DNA of 19,153 bases from Candidatus Micrarchaeota archaeon (GTDB lineage: Archaea; Micrarchaeota; Micrarchaeia; Anstonellales; Bilamarchaeaceae), in NCBI GenBank assembly GCA_018304385.1, contig JAGVWJ010000031.1, positions 1-19,153 on the forward strand, read 5' to 3'. The notes under the pieces are model-generated. The model was not told the DNA's origin. It did not search any database and worked only from the letters and a program-made list of their open reading frames with translations. Both the position numbers and the translations under genes were made by a program. Shown here in pieces: positions 16,748 through 19,153 of this stretch. Positions within the stretch are counted from its first letter, which is position 1. The number at the start of each line of letters is the position of its first letter.

Positions 16748-18128
16748 AATTTAACCCATAGAATTGTTTTTGGAATCCTTTAAAAAATTGTTTGTATGTT
16801 TTTGGTAATTTTTTTATTATTTTTGTTCTTTGGATCAGCTCATCATTTATTTCTTTTTTAGTTAGCCCCATTTTATCCCCTATTTCTTCTAGTAGTTTGC
16901 TGCTATTGTATATTAAACAGTCTTTCTTATAATCATAATGAGCAACAGTCGTATGTCTATTATTCGTATTTTCAGATACTTCTACTATTTTTCTTATTTC
17001 AAAATTTCTTTTTGCTTTCTTATCATATTTTATCATTCTTTTCTGTATGACGATACAGCTTATGCTGTTTAAATCAATCTGATTTATTCCAAATGTTTTC
17101 AGCCTTTGCAATGCCTCATTTGTGCTTTGTGCATGCATTGTTGCATAGCTTCCGCGCGCCTGGCCTGCTAGCAAAACATCAAATAGCGCATTTGCCTCAT
17201 CTCTATTTCTTATCTCACCAACAATAATTCTATCTGGTCGCATTCTAAAAGAATCATAAACTAGTGTTTGTAACGATATTCCCATATCCTTATTCGCAAC
17301 TAATCTTAAGCTGTGCTTATGCGGGATGTTTATCTCTGGCGTTTCCTCTGTTATTATTACCCTGTCGCTAAGAGGCACGAAACTAAATAGCGCGTTTAAT
17401 GTTGTTGTTTTTCCGCTAGCAGTATTACCTGCAATTATTACTGAACTATCGCTTTGCATCAAGATCGACAAATAAGCCATTGTTTTTTCATCTACGGTGT
17501 TATTTTCGCATAATTCTGCGGGAGAGTATGGCGTTTCCCTAAATCTTCTTATTGTTATTTCGCCGTTGCTTATTGGCGGTAGCGAGGCGTGCAAACGATC
17601 GCCATTCGGCAATATCGCATCTAATCGCGGGTTTTGCAGCGTTATTCTTCTTCCTATTCCATGCGCCATTTTGTTTACTACATCTGTTATGGCATGCTCA
17701 TTTGTGAAGCATGCATTAACGCTTAGCCAACCATTCTCTCTAGCGTAAATGTATGCTGGCTTGTGCACACCTATAATACTAATTTCTTCTATATTTTTAT
17801 CCTCTAGTAATTCATCTACAAAACAAAAGCCGTATATGTGCATAGATGCTATTTTGCTTAAGTATTCAGTTTGCTCGCCATCTAAATAAGTTCCTTCATA
17901 GCTTGCCTGTTCTATAATTAGATTCCTTATTGTTTCTTCTATATCTTCTAAACTCTTTATCTCTTCGCTGCCAGTTTTTTCGCGAAATCTCTCTTCTATT
18001 TTTAAAATAAGTTCTTTTTCTTCATCGCTTATTTTTGGTATCTCGAGTTTGTATTGTCCTTCATCTAGTATATCCCAACCTAAATCAATTGAATTTTTCT
18101 GTTCATATTTTTTTGTTATTGCGTACAT
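16734..18128 (-). CDS. Type II/IV secretion / pilus assembly ATPase (CpaF/TadA/VirB11 family)
   Basis: Walker A GNTASGKTT, Asp box TEETPEI, RMRPDRIIVGEIR Walker B, ATMHA His box. Confidence 0.95.
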   Translation of the reverse strand: MYAITKKYEQKNSIDLGWDILDEGQYKLEIPKISDEEKELILKIEERFREKTGSEEIKSLEDIEETIRNLIIEQASYEGTYLDGEQTEYLSKIASMHIYGFCFVDELLEDKNIEEISIIGVHKPAYIYARENGWLSVNACFTNEHAITDVVNKMAHGIGRRITLQNPRLDAILPNGDRLHASLPPISNGEITIRRFRETPYSPAELCENNTVDEKTMAYLSILMQSDSSVIIAGNTASGKTTTLNALFSFVPLSDRVIITEETPEINIPHKHSLRLVANKDMGISLQTLVYDSFRMRPDRIIVGEIRNRDEANALFDVLLAGQARGSYATMHAQSTNEALQRLKTFGINQIDLNSISCIVIQKRMIKYDKKAKRNFEIRKIVEVSENTNNRHTTVAHYDYKKDCLIYNSSKLLEEIGDKMGLTKKEINDELIQRTKIIKKLPKTYKQFFKGFQKQFYGLNYEDS

Positions 18129-19153
18129 TTATTCGCACCATTACAACTGCATACATTTCCGTTTCGTTCGTGGCCCACTGCTGATTGCCCATTGCTCACG
18201 GCCAATTTACGTGCTTCCTCGCTCGGTCTTTTTATAATATTCATATATTTTGAGTCTTTTCTTTTTAATAGTACAATTCTAGATTCCCAGTCATCATCTA
18301 TAACGCGGTAGTTTGGCAAAAGCATAGCGAGTCTTTCTGAGAATTTCTTTACTTCTTCATGCCCGCACATATTATCGACGCCTAAGCGCTTTCTCGAGAA
18401 TCCAAGAGCCATGTATGACTTTATCTCTAAAAAATCTGCTTTTGATTTTTCCATTAATTCAGCATAAGCTGGCAATAACGATTCAGCATCATTAACATTT
18501 TTTATTAATGTGAATCGAATGACCCTTCTACAATCAAATTGCGCCATTATCTCTAATGTGCGGTTAAGGCGTTGCCAGCCATCGCTATAAATAGATCTGT
18601 TTATTTTTTTGAACATTTCCTCATTAGCAGCAGTTAGCGATACATATAATTGAGTAGGCAGCGCGTTTTGATCTGCTAAGCGTTGCAAATGTTCTGGTTC
18701 CTGCCCATTTGTCACTACAAAAACAGAGCGCACATCATTTCTTGATGTAAGTATTTTTATCATTTCGCCTAATCTAGGATAAATAGTTGGCTCGCCACTA
18801 AGCGAGATTGCCCAATGTGAGGGAAAATCTTCAAACGCCCGCTTAAATTTTAGTTTATTTACACCAGCCGCACCACCCAAGCCACTTATTAATTTTTTCC
18901 TTGCTTTTACTGTTTCATTTATTATAAGTTCAGGGTCATCCACTTCTTGCTCGCCAAACGTTGTTTTCTTCATCCAATCGCTCGGGCGCCAGCAAAATAC
19001 ACAAGCCTCAGTGCACCATGCCAATGCTGGAGACATCTGAGCGCACTTATGGCAGTCTATACCGTAGAATTTTACCTTATAACATCCACGATGGCCTTTA
19101 ACAGATTTCTTGTTCCAATGGCAGATTTGCACACCGCTATGATTACCAACTAT
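18116..19153 (-). CDS. taw1: 4-demethylwyosine synthase (radical SAM), 5'-truncated by the window edge
   Basis: Frame is open to the edge (IVGNHSGVQICHW); YGIDCHKCAQMSP, CTEACVFCWRP (CxxxCxxC), SLSGEPTIYP, TNG. Has an unusual C-terminal tail. Confidence 0.93.
   Translation of the reverse strand: MVGNHSGVQICHWNKKSVKGHRGCYKVKFYGIDCHKCAQMSPALAWCTEACVFCWRPSDWMKKTTFGEQEVDDPELIINETVKARKKLISGLGGAAGVNKLKFKRAFEDFPSHWAISLSGEPTIYPRLGEMIKILTSRNDVRSVFVVTNGQEPEHLQRLADQNALPTQLYVSLTAANEEMFKKINRSIYSDGWQRLNRTLEIMAQFDCRRVIRFTLIKNVNDAESLLPAYAELMEKSKADFLEIKSYMALGFSRKRLGVDNMCGHEEVKKFSERLAMLLPNYRVIDDDWESRIVLLKRKDSKYMNIIKRPSEEARKLAVSNGQSAVGHERNGNVCSCNGANKCTQ
18168..18202 (-). repeat. Heptamer array copy D: GCCGTGA GCAATGG GCAATCA GCAGTGG GCCACGA
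   Basis: Five units at 7-nt period inside the taw1 3' end; similar to copies A and C. Confidence 0.85.

Noticed and set aside
18118-18158. AAATGTAYGCART duplicated 28 nt apart (11/13) as a target-site duplication of the repeat element
   Set aside because: Both copies lie on the same side of the heptamer array, so they cannot flank it; possibly a small local duplication of the ATPase start region.
1669-18237. Short alternative ORFs in the track (e.g. 1669-1998, 2072-2314, 3921-4118, 6004-6366, 6692-6895, 13756-14013, 15921-16226, 17497-17748, 18049-18237)
   Set aside because: All are antisense or off-frame shadows of well-supported genes, with no recognisable motifs.
983-19153. Functional clustering of tRNA-Trp, pheS and taw1 around G37 wyosine modification
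   Set aside because: The genes are 7-9 kb apart in different transcription units; proximity is unremarkable in a small genome.

Overview
AT-rich archaeal chromosomal window, densely coded and with no integrase, transposase or CRISPR array. Gene content and style (archaeal priL/priS, pheS, dtdA, taw1, single-TRAM protein, a multi-intron tRNA, a GXGXG beta-helix protein, a CxDSD-type lipoprotein) suggest a DPANN archaeon, possibly Micrarchaeota; the taxonomy is inference. Housekeeping genes are interleaved with cell-envelope genes: type IV pilus/T2SS ATPase, a two-domain T2SSF protein, a PAP2 phosphatase, a dolichol-kinase-like protein and several sequon-rich membrane proteins. Features missed by the ORF track or unexplained by it: (1) a tRNA-Trp(CCA) split by two introns (37/38 and 59/60); (2) a dispersed 7-bp-period repeat (GCARTGR)n in four copies, all at gene termini or junctions, two of which encode near-identical peptides at the N-terminus of one protein and the C-terminus of another; (3) an intact 613-codon P-type-ATPase-like ORF that has lost the A domain and all recognisable catalytic and ion-binding motifs; (4) a probable 37-aa small protein with a strong SD; (5) a GC-rich hairpin in the leader of an orphan acyl-CoA dehydrogenase.
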